This document shows, one piece after another, positions 19,374-29,477 of a DNA stretch of 51,258 bases. The stretch lies in contig JACQIO010000014.1 in NCBI GenBank assembly GCA_016198415.1, positions 1 to 51,258 of the forward strand, written 5' to 3'. Position 1 is the stretch's first letter; each line of letters begins with the position of its first letter. Both the position numbers and the translations under genes were made by a program. The stretch is from Candidatus Berkelbacteria bacterium. GTDB taxonomy: Bacteria; Patescibacteriota; UBA1384; JACPKC01. The notes under the pieces are model-generated. The model was not told where the DNA came from. It was given only the letters and a program-made list of their open reading frames with translations, and ran no database searches.

Positions 19374-21370
19374 GGGAGTTCCTCCACGGTCGTGAGAATG
19401 CTGGCGGTACCAAGAAACTTCAGGGAGACGATGAGCGTGATGGTCATCTGCCACCGGCCATACCCCTCTGAGTACCAGCCCCTGGCCTTCGTCATCGGCC
19501 CCATGCTAGCAGCCGTCCCCGTCGAGGACAAGCGGAGGGATCGTTGGCAATCCGAGCGACGGAGCACCACGTCAGTCGCCGTCTGCTCAACCCGAACGGC
19601 CGGATCCAAGACAAAGCGGACCGTCGCAGTGTGCTCACGGTCGTCAGAAGCATCGACTCGGTCGACAATCTTAAGGCCGTGCGGACCGATGGCAATCGTC
19701 CGACGACACGTGACCGGACCAGTCTCGTTGAACCTGGCGTCGATCTGCCACTGCTGACGCTTGGGCTGCCACGCGCCGAGGACAGGCATCCCGTCACTCC
19801 GCAGCGTGAATAGGCCATGATCCTTCAGGGATCGTGGTTCGCGCCCGTCAATCTCAATCGTACTGTGGGATCTGACCGAGCGAAATCGATTGCGGACCTC
19901 GGGTTCAGCCGTATAGGTCCCGGTGCCTGGATCAACGATCCAAGCCTGCTCGGAAAAGTAGGCCAGGCTTCCCAGATCGTTGTGGCTGTGGCCGCCCCAG
20001 CCAGCGCGCCCCACCCCACCGCACCGGAGCAGAAGGGAGCGGTTGCCCTGCCGCCAGCTGGCGAATCCTCCGTTGGGAAAGTGCTGCGTGGCTGGGAGGG
20101 GTAAGGCCGTGATCTCGTCCCAGACTGTGGCGGGGAGACCACCGAGCAGCCAAAACGCCTCCGGCTGAGACTGGCTGGCTCCCGTCTTGAGCGATCCGTC
20201 ACCGAACTTGAGTGCCCCGAGGGCGAGGAGATACCGATGATCATTCAGGGACTGCCAGGTCCGATCATCAAAGATGAGGAAGCGCCCGTTGTCGTTATCG
20301 CCCACCTGAACGATTGACCCGTCTGGCTGGGTGTAGCTCATGACGAACCCCAGCATCCGGCGGATGACCTGCCGCTGGTTGGCAGTGACCGCGTGTCCGT
20401 GCCGCTCGAGCAAGAGCAGTGGGTAGGCAAAGAGCTCGAGCATCAAGCGGTGGTAACTGGTGCTCATCTCGTAGTCCACGCCATCGGGGAGAATCTGGCG
20501 GTCAAGCTGCGTGGTCAGGATCTCGAGGCCGGTCTTGAGCCACTGACGCGATTCGACAAACTCGGGCAGGAGGAGGCCGAGGAAGACCAGGCCGGCGCCG
20601 TTGCTGACGTAGTGGTTGCCCGGCGCCTCGGACACCTCCAAGTTGGCCATGATGTGACGAGCGTGGGCCAGGAGCGAGGTGCCGAACCGATCCAGGAAGT
20701 CCTGCGTGACCGCCGACGAGTCTTTGATGAAAGCGTAGCCGACGAGCCAGTTGGTCGCCCGAATGGCCACCTCCATGGAGACGCACCAGTTGGGCCCCAA
20801 CTCAGGCGGATTGTCAGCGATCCAGTCCTCGATGAGCTCAATCATCTCACGGGCGTAGCGCTCATCGCCGGTCAGCCAGTAGGCCTGGCCAAGGGTGGGA
20901 AACCACTGGCAACGAGACAGCTCCCATGGGACCTTGACGTCGTAGGGAACGGCCTTCGTCTCTTCCCAGTAGATGATCTCCGGCCAGTACGTTCGGTCCC
21001 AGATGTAGCCGGTCTTGACGTCCTCCCGCCAGCGGAGTTGCCGGCCATGGTCAACCGGCCCCGAGCCAAGCAGATCGAAGGTATGTGTCAGGTACCGATC
21101 GGCCGCCGCAATCACCTCACGATCGTGAGTTGGGAACTGGCGGCGGAGTGCCTGCACGAGCCGGGTACGATCGGTCACATCGAACAGAAACGGAGGATGG
21201 ACCCGGTCAACGAGCAGGGGGCGGGCCAAGGAGCGCCGGTAGGCATGAGCGGAGATGGCGGTCCCAAACCAGCGGATCCGGAGCCGTGTCAGGGCACGGC
21301 TGAGCCGTCCTCGACCGCCATGCCAGAGGTACGAGGCAAACCGCAGGCCGCGGCGAACAAGCGTTGCCAT
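19370..21370 (-). CDS. Heparinase II/III family protein
   Basis: DVKVPWELSRCQW, MEVAIRATNW, GNHY, DGVDYEMSTSYH, GDNDNGR, GHSHND, DPGTGTY. Confidence 0.9.
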   Translation of the reverse strand: MATLVRRGLRFASYLWHGGRGRLSRALTRLRIRWFGTAISAHAYRRSLARPLLVDRVHPPFLFDVTDRTRLVQALRRQFPTHDREVIAAADRYLTHTFDLLGSGPVDHGRQLRWREDVKTGYIWDRTYWPEIIYWEETKAVPYDVKVPWELSRCQWFPTLGQAYWLTGDERYAREMIELIEDWIADNPPELGPNWCVSMEVAIRATNWLVGYAFIKDSSAVTQDFLDRFGTSLLAHARHIMANLEVSEAPGNHYVSNGAGLVFLGLLLPEFVESRQWLKTGLEILTTQLDRQILPDGVDYEMSTSYHRLMLELFAYPLLLLERHGHAVTANQRQVIRRMLGFVMSYTQPDGSIVQVGDNDNGRFLIFDDRTWQSLNDHRYLLALGALKFGDGSLKTGASQSQPEAFWLLGGLPATVWDEITALPLPATQHFPNGGFASWRQGNRSLLLRCGGVGRAGWGGHSHNDLGSLAYFSEQAWIVDPGTGTYTAEPEVRNRFRSVRSHSTIEIDGREPRSLKDHGLFTLRSDGMPVLGAWQPKRQQWQIDARFNETGPVTCRRTIAIGPHGLKIVDRVDASDDREHTATVRFVLDPAVRVEQTATDVVLRRSDCQRSLRLSSTGTAASMGPMTKARGWYSEGYGRWQMTITLIVSLKFLGTASILTTVEELP

Positions 21371-21373
21371 ACG

Positions 21374-23011
21374 CTAGCCTTGACGACCGAGCGATCGGTA
21401 CGCAGCAATCACCCGATCGGCGTTCACCTTCCAGGTGTGACGATCAACCGCCGCCTGCCTCGCCTGCCGGCCAAGGCGACGCCGGAGCGGCTCGTTGCCA
21501 GCCACCTCCACGAGGGCCGCGGCGAGGGCCGGCGCATCGCCGGGAGCAACCAAGCGAGCGGTCTGGCCGTCAGTGAGAACCTGCCCGATCTGCTCCAGGT
21601 CCGAGGCGACGATCGCCCGACCCATCGCCATGTACTCAAACAGCTTGGTGGGGGAACCAAAGAACTTGGTGCCATCGGCATTTTGAATGTGTGGGGAGAC
21701 CAAAACATCGCACGCCGCCAGGTAGCTGGGGACGCGCTCGTGGGGCACGAGCCCGGCAAAAGTGACTCGATCAGCCACGCCGGCCCGCTCAACGGCTTGC
21801 TGGACATCCGGCTTGAGCAGGCCTTCGCCGATCATGAGGAAACGGAGACGCTTGAAGGCCTTGAGCGCCTGGGGAATCGCCTCGGCGAGGACGAGGACAC
21901 CGTGCCAAACCCCAAAGGTGCCCAGGAAGCCCACGAGAATCTCATCCTTGCGGACCTTGAGTTCTCGTCGAATCGGATGGCCGTCGACCTCAGGCGAGAA
22001 AACGGCCGGACTGACGCCGTTGGGATTGACGATGATCTTGGCCGGATCCGCGCCCAGACGAACGAGATCATCCTTGAGGACCTCGGAGACCACGAAGAGC
22101 CGGTGCGCCGCTCGGAACTGGACCTGCTCAAAGAGCCAGAGGAGCCAGCGGAAACCGGCCGAGTCCCACTGGGTGCGGAGCCAGTACTCAGAGTTATTGA
22201 CCTCCAAGAAGAGCGGGATGTGGAGGAGACGAGCCAGGATGGCCGTCGCCACGTGGTAGCCGCTGTGCCGGTGGTAGAGGAAGTCCGGTCGCTCGCGCCG
22301 CAAGATCGGCAGCGCCTTCGCGATCAGCGTCAGATTGTAGGCCATCTCGGTGCTTTCTGGGAAGAAGTCGAAGGCCCTCGGGTACCCGAACCGGTAGAGG
22401 GGCGTCGTCGTCTCGTCGAGCGTGGCCGGCACGACCGAGGCGACGAAGAACTGGCGATGACCACCCTCAAGCACGCCATCGGTGAAGCCGCGGATGTGGG
22501 TAAAGGAACCACCGAGCTGCTTGCCCAAGTAGTAGTCGGTCCGGAAGAAGGCGATCGTGAGTGGACGGCGCCGGGTGGGCGTCACTGGGATCGGCCGGAG
22601 CGTGAGCCAGAGTGCCGGCAGGGCCATCAGCCAAGCGACGGCGAGGAGGTAGCTCGCGAGAATGTCGAGCGCGATTCTCGGCAGGTCGGCGAGAACGAAC
22701 GCGGTGCGCGAGAAGACAATCCGATTGCCCTGGTCGTCACGCAGCTCACGATGTCTCACGTTCGTGAGGATCCCAATCGCCTTGAAGATGAAGAGGCGGC
22801 GACGCTGCCGGAGATCTTCGGAGGCAATGATCAGCCGATTGCCGCGGATTCCCCAGAGCGCACGGACTGCACCGAGCACGCCGCGGGCGCGGAGGGCGGT
22901 AGCTTGGTGATCGACAAGCTCGTCGGCGGCGTACGCCCGCTCGAGTCCCTCCCGGATACGGCGGTAGGTCTCGTCCGTCGTGTCCGACAGACGAAGGAGG
23001 TGGATTGTCAT
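21374..23011 (-). CDS. Glycosyltransferase family 4 with N-terminal extension
   Basis: VNPNGV, GFLGTFGVWHG, FFGSPTKLFEYMAMG. Confidence 0.9.
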   Translation of the reverse strand: MTIHLLRLSDTTDETYRRIREGLERAYAADELVDHQATALRARGVLGAVRALWGIRGNRLIIASEDLRQRRRLFIFKAIGILTNVRHRELRDDQGNRIVFSRTAFVLADLPRIALDILASYLLAVAWLMALPALWLTLRPIPVTPTRRRPLTIAFFRTDYYLGKQLGGSFTHIRGFTDGVLEGGHRQFFVASVVPATLDETTTPLYRFGYPRAFDFFPESTEMAYNLTLIAKALPILRRERPDFLYHRHSGYHVATAILARLLHIPLFLEVNNSEYWLRTQWDSAGFRWLLWLFEQVQFRAAHRLFVVSEVLKDDLVRLGADPAKIIVNPNGVSPAVFSPEVDGHPIRRELKVRKDEILVGFLGTFGVWHGVLVLAEAIPQALKAFKRLRFLMIGEGLLKPDVQQAVERAGVADRVTFAGLVPHERVPSYLAACDVLVSPHIQNADGTKFFGSPTKLFEYMAMGRAIVASDLEQIGQVLTDGQTARLVAPGDAPALAAALVEVAGNEPLRRRLGRQARQAAVDRHTWKVNADRVIAAYRSLGRQG

Positions 23012-23015
23012 ACCA

Positions 23016-23762
23016 CTACGGCTTCTTGGCGAGGTACCCGATCCGTTCGCCGAGGTAGACGAACGGCACTGCCAATCGCTCCACCCAGAGTGGGACGGTC
23101 CCAACCGGCCGATTCTCTGAGGTGAACTCGAGGATCTCCAGGCCGGCCCGTTGCAGGAACCGCTTCAGCTCCCAAGGGGTGAAGAAGTACGAGTACCCGT
23201 AGTCCGTTCGGTCACCCCGCCGCTGGTTGGCTCGGTGGCGCAGGTAAAAGAGGCTGTAGCGATTCGGCTCCGTGAGGATCACGTGACCACCTCGCTTGGT
23301 CACCCGAACCATCTCGGCCAGCGCTGCCTGACGGCCGTCGTGGGTTGGGATGTGCTCAATCGTTGAGAACGAGACGCTGATGTCGAACGACTCGTCGGCA
23401 AACGGGAGTCGCTTCGTGGCGTCGGCAACTTGGAAGGTCACCCGCTTCTGGCCTGTGTCACTCATCTCACGTTCGAGAATCTTCTGCGCTACGTCGAGGC
23501 TCTGCTTGTGGAGATCAATCGCCACCCACTCTTTCGCCAGACGTGAGAAGATGAGCTCGTCGATTGGTTCCGAGCAGCCAACGTTGAGGACCCGTTTCCC
23601 TCGCGGATTAGCCTGCATGAGGAGCGTCCAGTCGGAGAGCGCTTTCCGGGCCAAGTAGCCTGGATTGACCCGATGGCCTTCCCTGAGAAAGAAGCGCTCG
23701 GCCAGGTAGTCGTACGCATCCATGACCTTCGTCACATCAACGGTTGTTCCGGCATCAACCAT
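23016..23762 (-). CDS. Class I SAM-dependent methyltransferase
   Basis: VLNVGC, ADATKRLPFADESFD, STIEHI, EMVRVTKRGG. Confidence 0.88.
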   Translation of the reverse strand: MVDAGTTVDVTKVMDAYDYLAERFFLREGHRVNPGYLARKALSDWTLLMQANPRGKRVLNVGCSEPIDELIFSRLAKEWVAIDLHKQSLDVAQKILEREMSDTGQKRVTFQVADATKRLPFADESFDISVSFSTIEHIPTHDGRQAALAEMVRVTKRGGHVILTEPNRYSLFYLRHRANQRRGDRTDYGYSYFFTPWELKRFLQRAGLEILEFTSENRPVGTVPLWVERLAVPFVYLGERIGYLAKKP

Positions 23763-23765
23763 GGG

Positions 23766-25049
23766 TTACTCCTGAGATCTGCTGACTTGGCGCCACAATT
23801 GTACCAAATCAGACCGTCTTGGCACGAGGACTGCCGCGAGTGGCGTGGCGCTGAGACTCCGGAAGTAGAGGAGGGACAGAGCCAACATCACACCGTAGGC
23901 CGCCACGGAGGCAAGGGCTGCGCCACCGATCCCGAGCGTGGGAATGAAGGCGAGGTTGAGGAGGAGGTTGACTCCCAGGCCGAGGCCAACGATGCCCACG
24001 GCGGTGATGGGAAGACCGCGAGCCGCGAAGTTGTTCATAAGGATCGTCTCGAGTGAGAGAAAGTAGATACCCGGCAGCAGGATCAGCGTTGGAGCGACGG
24101 CGCCGGCGAAGGCGGTCCCGTAGAGGAGTGGGATGAGCCAGTAGGCAGCCAAGCCGCCCACCAAGAGAATCGCGGCCATGATGACAACGAGCGTGCGGAC
24201 AACCTGCGCAGTGAGCAGATCACGCCGCTCGGGCTCGGCGGTGGCGATTGGGAAAAAGAGCGTGCCAGTCGTAATCGCGACAAGGTACAGGGCATCAACA
24301 GCGAAGGCGGCGATTGAGTAGACCCCGGTTGCCTCGTTCCCCAAGAAGTGGGTGACGAGTAAGAGATCGGAGCGGATGACGAGGTAGGCGAGCAGGGTCG
24401 CGGCGTAGGCTCGGAGACCATAGCGAAACATCAACCGAAACAGGCTTGGATCTGGGCGGCGGGCGGGAAGCGCCCGAACTGCTCGAAAGTGGGCCAGAGT
24501 CACGCCAACCGCGATCACTGTGCCGGCCACGATGAGCGCGTCCGCTCCAACCTGCCACAGAACCACCAGGAGGATGCTCACCCCGGTTGCCACGACGTTA
24601 CTCCCAACATCCAGGAGGTTATAGGTGCGAATCCGCCTGAGCGCGAGAAGGATATTCTGAGCCAGGGAGGTGAAGAACATGAACGGGACGCTCGCCAGGC
24701 CGATGAGAAGGATGGGTCTCGGCACGTCACCCACGATCGATGGCCAAGCCCAAGCCGCCACGGACGCGGCGCCGGCCATGATGCCACCCAGGACCATCGA
24801 TGCCCAAACCGAGTGGCCCAGGATCTTGGGCAGGAGCGACCGATCTTTGGCCAGGAAGTACGTGTTGGCGTTCGGTAGGCCAAGGTTGCCAACTTGGAGC
24901 GCAATCCCCGCCAGGGCCGTCACCGCCGCCAGGACGCCCTTGTCATGGGGCCCAAGAAAACGGGCCACGATGATGCTCGAGAGCACCCCGAGGAAAAAGA
25001 CCGTGCCCTTCGCCAAAAACGTCCAGCCAACCGAGCGGACAAAGCTCAC
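23766..25049 (-). CDS. wzx: Wzx-type oligosaccharide flippase
   Basis: About 12 TM; IVARFLGP, GVYSIA, LNLAFIPTLGIGGAALAS; GTG start overlaps the asnB stop. Confidence 0.85.
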   Translation of the reverse strand: MSFVRSVGWTFLAKGTVFFLGVLSSIIVARFLGPHDKGVLAAVTALAGIALQVGNLGLPNANTYFLAKDRSLLPKILGHSVWASMVLGGIMAGAASVAAWAWPSIVGDVPRPILLIGLASVPFMFFTSLAQNILLALRRIRTYNLLDVGSNVVATGVSILLVVLWQVGADALIVAGTVIAVGVTLAHFRAVRALPARRPDPSLFRLMFRYGLRAYAATLLAYLVIRSDLLLVTHFLGNEATGVYSIAAFAVDALYLVAITTGTLFFPIATAEPERRDLLTAQVVRTLVVIMAAILLVGGLAAYWLIPLLYGTAFAGAVAPTLILLPGIYFLSLETILMNNFAARGLPITAVGIVGLGLGVNLLLNLAFIPTLGIGGAALASVAAYGVMLALSLLYFRSLSATPLAAVLVPRRSDLVQLWRQVSRSQE

Positions 25050-26989
25050 CGCGCCCCCGCGATCCAGTGATCGTACCAGAGGGAGAGATTGAAGAGCGTC
25101 CAAAGCTGGAAGCTCGTATCCCCTCGCCCCGACCGGTGCCGATCAATCAGTTCACGAACGTGATCGTAGTCAAAGTAGCCGCGCTCCCGAATCCCTGAGG
25201 TGAGGAGCGTCTCCTCGAGCGTCTCGCCGAGTTCCTTGAGGAACCACTCGCGAATCGGTGCCCCAAAGCCCATCTTCTTCCGGTAGATGATCTCGTGCGG
25301 GATGAGGCCCTCAACCGCCTTCTTTAAGATGTACTTGGGCGTCCGTCCCTTGATCTTCATCTGCCAGGGGATGTTCATTGCCAACTCGACCAACTGGTGA
25401 TCCAGGAAGGGGGTCCGGGACTCAATCGAGACCGATGCGGTGATCTTGTCAACCCGCATGAGCAGAAGCTCGGCCAGACGGAGCTTGAGCTCCACGTAGA
25501 TCATCCGCTCCAGGAAGTCCGACTCGGGTTTCTGCTGGGCGATCGCGTCGTAGTACGGCTGGATCACCTCGAGCGAGGACCGGGTGGTCAGACGGGCGCG
25601 AAAGGCTGGGTCAATCAGACGGGCCTTGTCCCACTCCGTGAAGGTGACCGCCCCGCCCCAGAAGATCGGCTCGTCGTGGGCCAAGCGACGCAGGTACTCG
25701 ATGCCCAAGTCCGTGCCGCGCCTCCCAAACCACCAGCGCCCGCCGCGGTAGAGGAGCTGGCGGAGCAACGCGGGGATCTGCTGGAGATAGCGCCACCGAT
25801 CCAAGTAGAGGTTGGCAATCTGGAGGTAGCCTGAATAGCCCGAGAAGAGCTCATCCGAGCCCTCGCCCACTTGAGCGACGATTACCCCGGAGTCGCGGAT
25901 CAGCTTGGAGACGAAGTAGAGCGGGATGTTGACCGGATCAGAGATCGGCTCGTCTTGACTCTGGACCATCTTTGGCAGGTAAGCCGCGCAGTCGTGCTGA
26001 TTGATCAGGATCTCATGGTGCTCGGTGCCGTAGCGCTTGGCGACCAACCGGGCGTACTCAAACTCGTTGTACTGTTGGTGATCCTCAAACCCCACGCAGA
26101 AGGTCTTGACTGGACCGGTCGCAAACTCCTTGAAGTAGTGGACGTTCGTCGACGAGTCGATCCCACCGGATAGAAACACGCCGATCGGGACATCGCTCAT
26201 CATCCGGCGCTGCACCGAGTCACTCAGGTGGCGCCGAATCTGCTCGATGAGCCAGCCTTCGTCAAAGTAGTCCCGCCGCCAGTGCTCGGGCCGTTGGACA
26301 ATCGCGTCCCAGTACTGCCAGGTGGTCAGCTTCCCAGTTTTCTGATCGAGCGTCCCGGCCCAACCAGCCGGGAGCTTACTAATGCCGGCAAAGAGGGTCT
26401 GCGGCGCCGGGGTGACCAGGAACGACAGGTAGTGGTAGAGGGCCTCCTCGTTGACGTCCCGCCTGACCCGCGGATCGGCCAGAATCGCCTTGATCTCCGA
26501 GGCAAAGCGGAAGGTGTCACCGGTGGTCGTGTAGTAGAACGGTTTCTTGCCCAGGCGATCTCGAGCAAAGAAGAGCTGCTGCTTCCGCTCATCCCAGATG
26601 GCAAAGGCGAACATGCCATGGAGGCGATCGAGGCAGTCCAGTCCGTACTCCTCGTAGGCGTGGAGAATTGTTTCGGTGTCGCTCTGTGATCGGTACCGGT
26701 GGCCGCGCCGCTCGAGCTCGGGTCGAAGGTCTCGATGGTTGTAGATCTCACCATTGAAGACGATCCAGACCGTCCCATCCTCGTTGCTCATCGGCTGATG
26801 GCCGGCTGGCGAGAGGTCGACGATCGAGAGGCGCCGGAAACCAAGGCCGACGGTCTTGCGCTCATTGAGGTAGAGTCCGTCATCGTCCGGACCACGGTGG
26901 GTCATCGTGTCCCGCATGCACGACAAGAGCGCCGGGTCAACCCGCTCGCGCGATCGACGGAGCTGAACGACGCCAGTGATCCCGCACAT
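25046..26989 (-). CDS. asnB: Asparagine synthase (glutamine-hydrolysing) family amidotransferase
   Basis: MCGITG, HRGPD, RRLSIVDLS..GHQPM, FNGEIYN, LSGGIDSS, GEGSDELF; context suggests glycan amidation. Confidence 0.93.
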   Translation of the reverse strand: MCGITGVVQLRRSRERVDPALLSCMRDTMTHRGPDDDGLYLNERKTVGLGFRRLSIVDLSPAGHQPMSNEDGTVWIVFNGEIYNHRDLRPELERRGHRYRSQSDTETILHAYEEYGLDCLDRLHGMFAFAIWDERKQQLFFARDRLGKKPFYYTTTGDTFRFASEIKAILADPRVRRDVNEEALYHYLSFLVTPAPQTLFAGISKLPAGWAGTLDQKTGKLTTWQYWDAIVQRPEHWRRDYFDEGWLIEQIRRHLSDSVQRRMMSDVPIGVFLSGGIDSSTNVHYFKEFATGPVKTFCVGFEDHQQYNEFEYARLVAKRYGTEHHEILINQHDCAAYLPKMVQSQDEPISDPVNIPLYFVSKLIRDSGVIVAQVGEGSDELFSGYSGYLQIANLYLDRWRYLQQIPALLRQLLYRGGRWWFGRRGTDLGIEYLRRLAHDEPIFWGGAVTFTEWDKARLIDPAFRARLTTRSSLEVIQPYYDAIAQQKPESDFLERMIYVELKLRLAELLLMRVDKITASVSIESRTPFLDHQLVELAMNIPWQMKIKGRTPKYILKKAVEGLIPHEIIYRKKMGFGAPIREWFLKELGETLEETLLTSGIRERGYFDYDHVRELIDRHRSGRGDTSFQLWTLFNLSLWYDHWIAGAR

Positions 26990-26992
26990 CCG

Positions 26993-28168
26993 TTACGCCC
27001 TCGCCCGAACCAGCCCCAACCATCCCTTGGCAAGCGCGGCATTGATACTGGAGAGTCCATAGAGCGTTGCCAGCGCGAGGAAACTCAGGAGGTAGTGAGG
27101 CGTGGGTATGACCAGGAGCCCGGGCAGGGCCCCAAAGGCCATGGCTGCCCAGAACGCCCACTCCTGCCACGCCGGCAGCCGGGTGATGAGTTTGGCCACG
27201 AGGCCGAGATTAGCAAACTTGAGGAGGAAGAAGAACACGATCCCGAGCTTGGCGAAGATGGTGTCAAAGAAGAAGCGGGGCTCGGTTCGCAGGATCTCAA
27301 ACACTTGCTGCTTGAGGATGGCTTCGTACTCGGCCGAGACGTAGTCAACGTCCGGATTGACACTGCGGGCCGCCTGGTCGGCGACCGTGTCGGAGTAGGT
27401 GATCCCAAACGGGTTGAAGGGAGGGGCGAGGTAGCCGAAGCCGATGTACAGGTTGTGCCAGATGGGATGAACATCTTCGACTGGCAGGTAGCCTGGTTGA
27501 TGAGCGACCAAGTAGGCATCCCGATTGGCAATGAGGCCCGTGAAGACGAGCTGGATAACGGCCAGTCCGGCAACGAGAAAGAGCGCGAACGCCACCCGGG
27601 TTTTCAGGGCCAAGGTGGGCACGCTGCCGAGCGCGACCACCATGAAGATGAGGACGACCGTCCCCGAGTGACTTCGGATCAAGTTGCTGCTCGCCATCAG
27701 TAGGCCAGCCAGGAAGAAGAAGCCAGCATGCCAGCGCGAGACCTTCCCACCGTCTAGGAACGCCAGGAAGGCCGGGATGAGGAGCAGTGGCGCGATGGCC
27801 GAGATGACGTAGACATCCCAGATGAAGAGGCCGTAGGTTGCCAGGAGGCCCAGAGCAATCGTGGCAACCAATCGCTCAGGCCACGAACGAAAGAGTCGCC
27901 AGGTGGCGATGAGACCGACCACCAACGCACTCACCATGAGACCCCAGAAGAAGACAACCTGGGCTTGGTCCACAGGAATATCGAGCCAGCGGGCCAAGGC
28001 GGGGATGAACCAGTAGATCCCGACGTCGTCCGTGAATCCAGCTGGCGCCAACTGACCATCTGGCAGCTCCGACACGAGTGGGGTGCCGGTTCGCTCAAGA
28101 CCATGCAACGCCTGCTCGAGGCTGTCCTGGCGGGACTGCATGAACGGCCGGACGAGTGACTCCAACAT
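26993..28168 (-). CDS. Polytopic membrane protein, GT-C-like; paralog of 28271-29467
   Basis: GFTDDVGIY, LIRSH, HPIWHNLYIGFG, YVSAEYEAILKQ. Confidence 0.75.
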   Translation of the reverse strand: MLESLVRPFMQSRQDSLEQALHGLERTGTPLVSELPDGQLAPAGFTDDVGIYWFIPALARWLDIPVDQAQVVFFWGLMVSALVVGLIATWRLFRSWPERLVATIALGLLATYGLFIWDVYVISAIAPLLLIPAFLAFLDGGKVSRWHAGFFFLAGLLMASSNLIRSHSGTVVLIFMVVALGSVPTLALKTRVAFALFLVAGLAVIQLVFTGLIANRDAYLVAHQPGYLPVEDVHPIWHNLYIGFGYLAPPFNPFGITYSDTVADQAARSVNPDVDYVSAEYEAILKQQVFEILRTEPRFFFDTIFAKLGIVFFFLLKFANLGLVAKLITRLPAWQEWAFWAAMAFGALPGLLVIPTPHYLLSFLALATLYGLSSINAALAKGWLGLVRARA

Positions 28169-28193
28169 ACTCGCGCTCCTCTCAGGCTATCGG

Positions 28194-28237
28194 AGATCGC
28201 AGATTGCATCGTCGATCGACGACTTGATCTGCGATCT
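28194..28237. repeat. Interrupted 44-bp palindrome between the tandem paralogs
   Basis: AGATCGCAGAT-tgca-TCGTCGATCGACGA-cttg-ATCTGCGATCT. Confidence 0.7.
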
Positions 28238-28270
28238 TGGCTCGACCCTACCAGGGGTGATCGGCAAATG

Positions 28271-29467
28271 CTAGAGGGTCACCGAACGTGACTGGTACCT
28301 CGGCCACTGGGGCCGTCCACCCGTGCGCCAGACGCTCACCGCGTGGGCGAGACTGAGCGCACCATAGAGGACAGCCAGGGCCGCGAGACCCATGAAGTAG
28401 GGCGCGACTGGTAAGGCAACGAGGGCGGGCAGGGCTGCAAAGCCGATCGCCGGCCAGAACGCCCACTCGACCGCAATCGGCTTGGGAAAGAGGAGGCTTG
28501 CGAGAAGACCAAGGTTGGCCAGGAGGAGGAAGTAGAGGCCGAGGACCCCGAGTTTGGCCGCCAGCGTGGTCAGGATGAAGAGCGGGTCGGTACGGACAAG
28601 GGTCAGGACCGCCTGCTTGAGGGCAGCGTCGTAGCGAGCCGAAAGGTAGGGAGCCTCAGGGTCAATTCGCTTGGCCGCCTCAGCCGCGACCGAGTCATCC
28701 CAACGGATGTCATACCGGTTGTCGAGGAATCCAAGCCCCACGTAGGCCGGGTGCCAGAGCGGGTGGCTCGCCCCCCGCTCTTCGTAGCGTGGCTCGTGCG
28801 CGTGCAGATACCGATCCCGTTGTGCAACCAGAAGCTGCATGGCGAGGAGCGGAATGAGGACGCCAACCGCGAGGCTCGCCATGAGGCCCAGGCGCTGCGT
28901 CCACCGAAACTCTCTGGCCAGGAGGACGAGCACGAGGATAAAGAGGATGACTGGCGTCGCGGCGTGCGCTCGGATAAGCTGACTCGCCCCAAGCCCAACC
29001 CCGGCAACTAGCAGGAAGAGCGGGAGGGCGGGGCTCCGAGCCCAGCGTGTCACGAGGACGAGGAAGAGCGGGAGGACCGCAACGACCGCCATCGCCGGTA
29101 CGACGTACACGTCACCAATTCGGAGAGACCGGTAGACTAGGAAGGCGATGCCGAAGGCCAGCATGAGCCGTTCCGGCCAGCGTCGGAAGAGGAGCCAGCT
29201 GCCCACCAAGCCAAGGAGCGTACTCAACCCGATGATGCCGACGAAGAAGATCGTGATCGCTTGATCAAGTGAGACATCGAGAAGTCGCGCGATCAGTGGG
29301 ATGAAGGCATAGCTGCCGAGATCATCGGAGTAGCCGGCGGCAAAAAGCGTCCCGGCAAAGCCCGGGCTGGGTTCGCCCGGCGCCAGACCCACCAGCGGCT
29401 GGCCGGTCGCTGCGTACCCGTCGACCGCCCGGACGAGGTCTTGGTAGCGGCTGTCCATGATGACCAT
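28271..29467 (-). CDS. Polytopic membrane protein, GT-C-like; paralog of 26993-28168
   Basis: GYSDDLGSY, LIRAH, HPLWHPAYVGLG, YLSARYDAALKQ; ATG after GGGAG. Confidence 0.75.
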   Translation of the reverse strand: MVIMDSRYQDLVRAVDGYAATGQPLVGLAPGEPSPGFAGTLFAAGYSDDLGSYAFIPLIARLLDVSLDQAITIFFVGIIGLSTLLGLVGSWLLFRRWPERLMLAFGIAFLVYRSLRIGDVYVVPAMAVVAVLPLFLVLVTRWARSPALPLFLLVAGVGLGASQLIRAHAATPVILFILVLVLLAREFRWTQRLGLMASLAVGVLIPLLAMQLLVAQRDRYLHAHEPRYEERGASHPLWHPAYVGLGFLDNRYDIRWDDSVAAEAAKRIDPEAPYLSARYDAALKQAVLTLVRTDPLFILTTLAAKLGVLGLYFLLLANLGLLASLLFPKPIAVEWAFWPAIGFAALPALVALPVAPYFMGLAALAVLYGALSLAHAVSVWRTGGRPQWPRYQSRSVTL

Positions 29468-29477
29468 GCGAGACTCC

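Noticed and set aside
20393-23125. 910-aa plus-strand ORF (also 736-1743, 26699-27703, 31529-32629, 46752-48161)
   Set aside because: Antisense shadows of well-supported genes, expected in high-GC DNA; no motifs recognised
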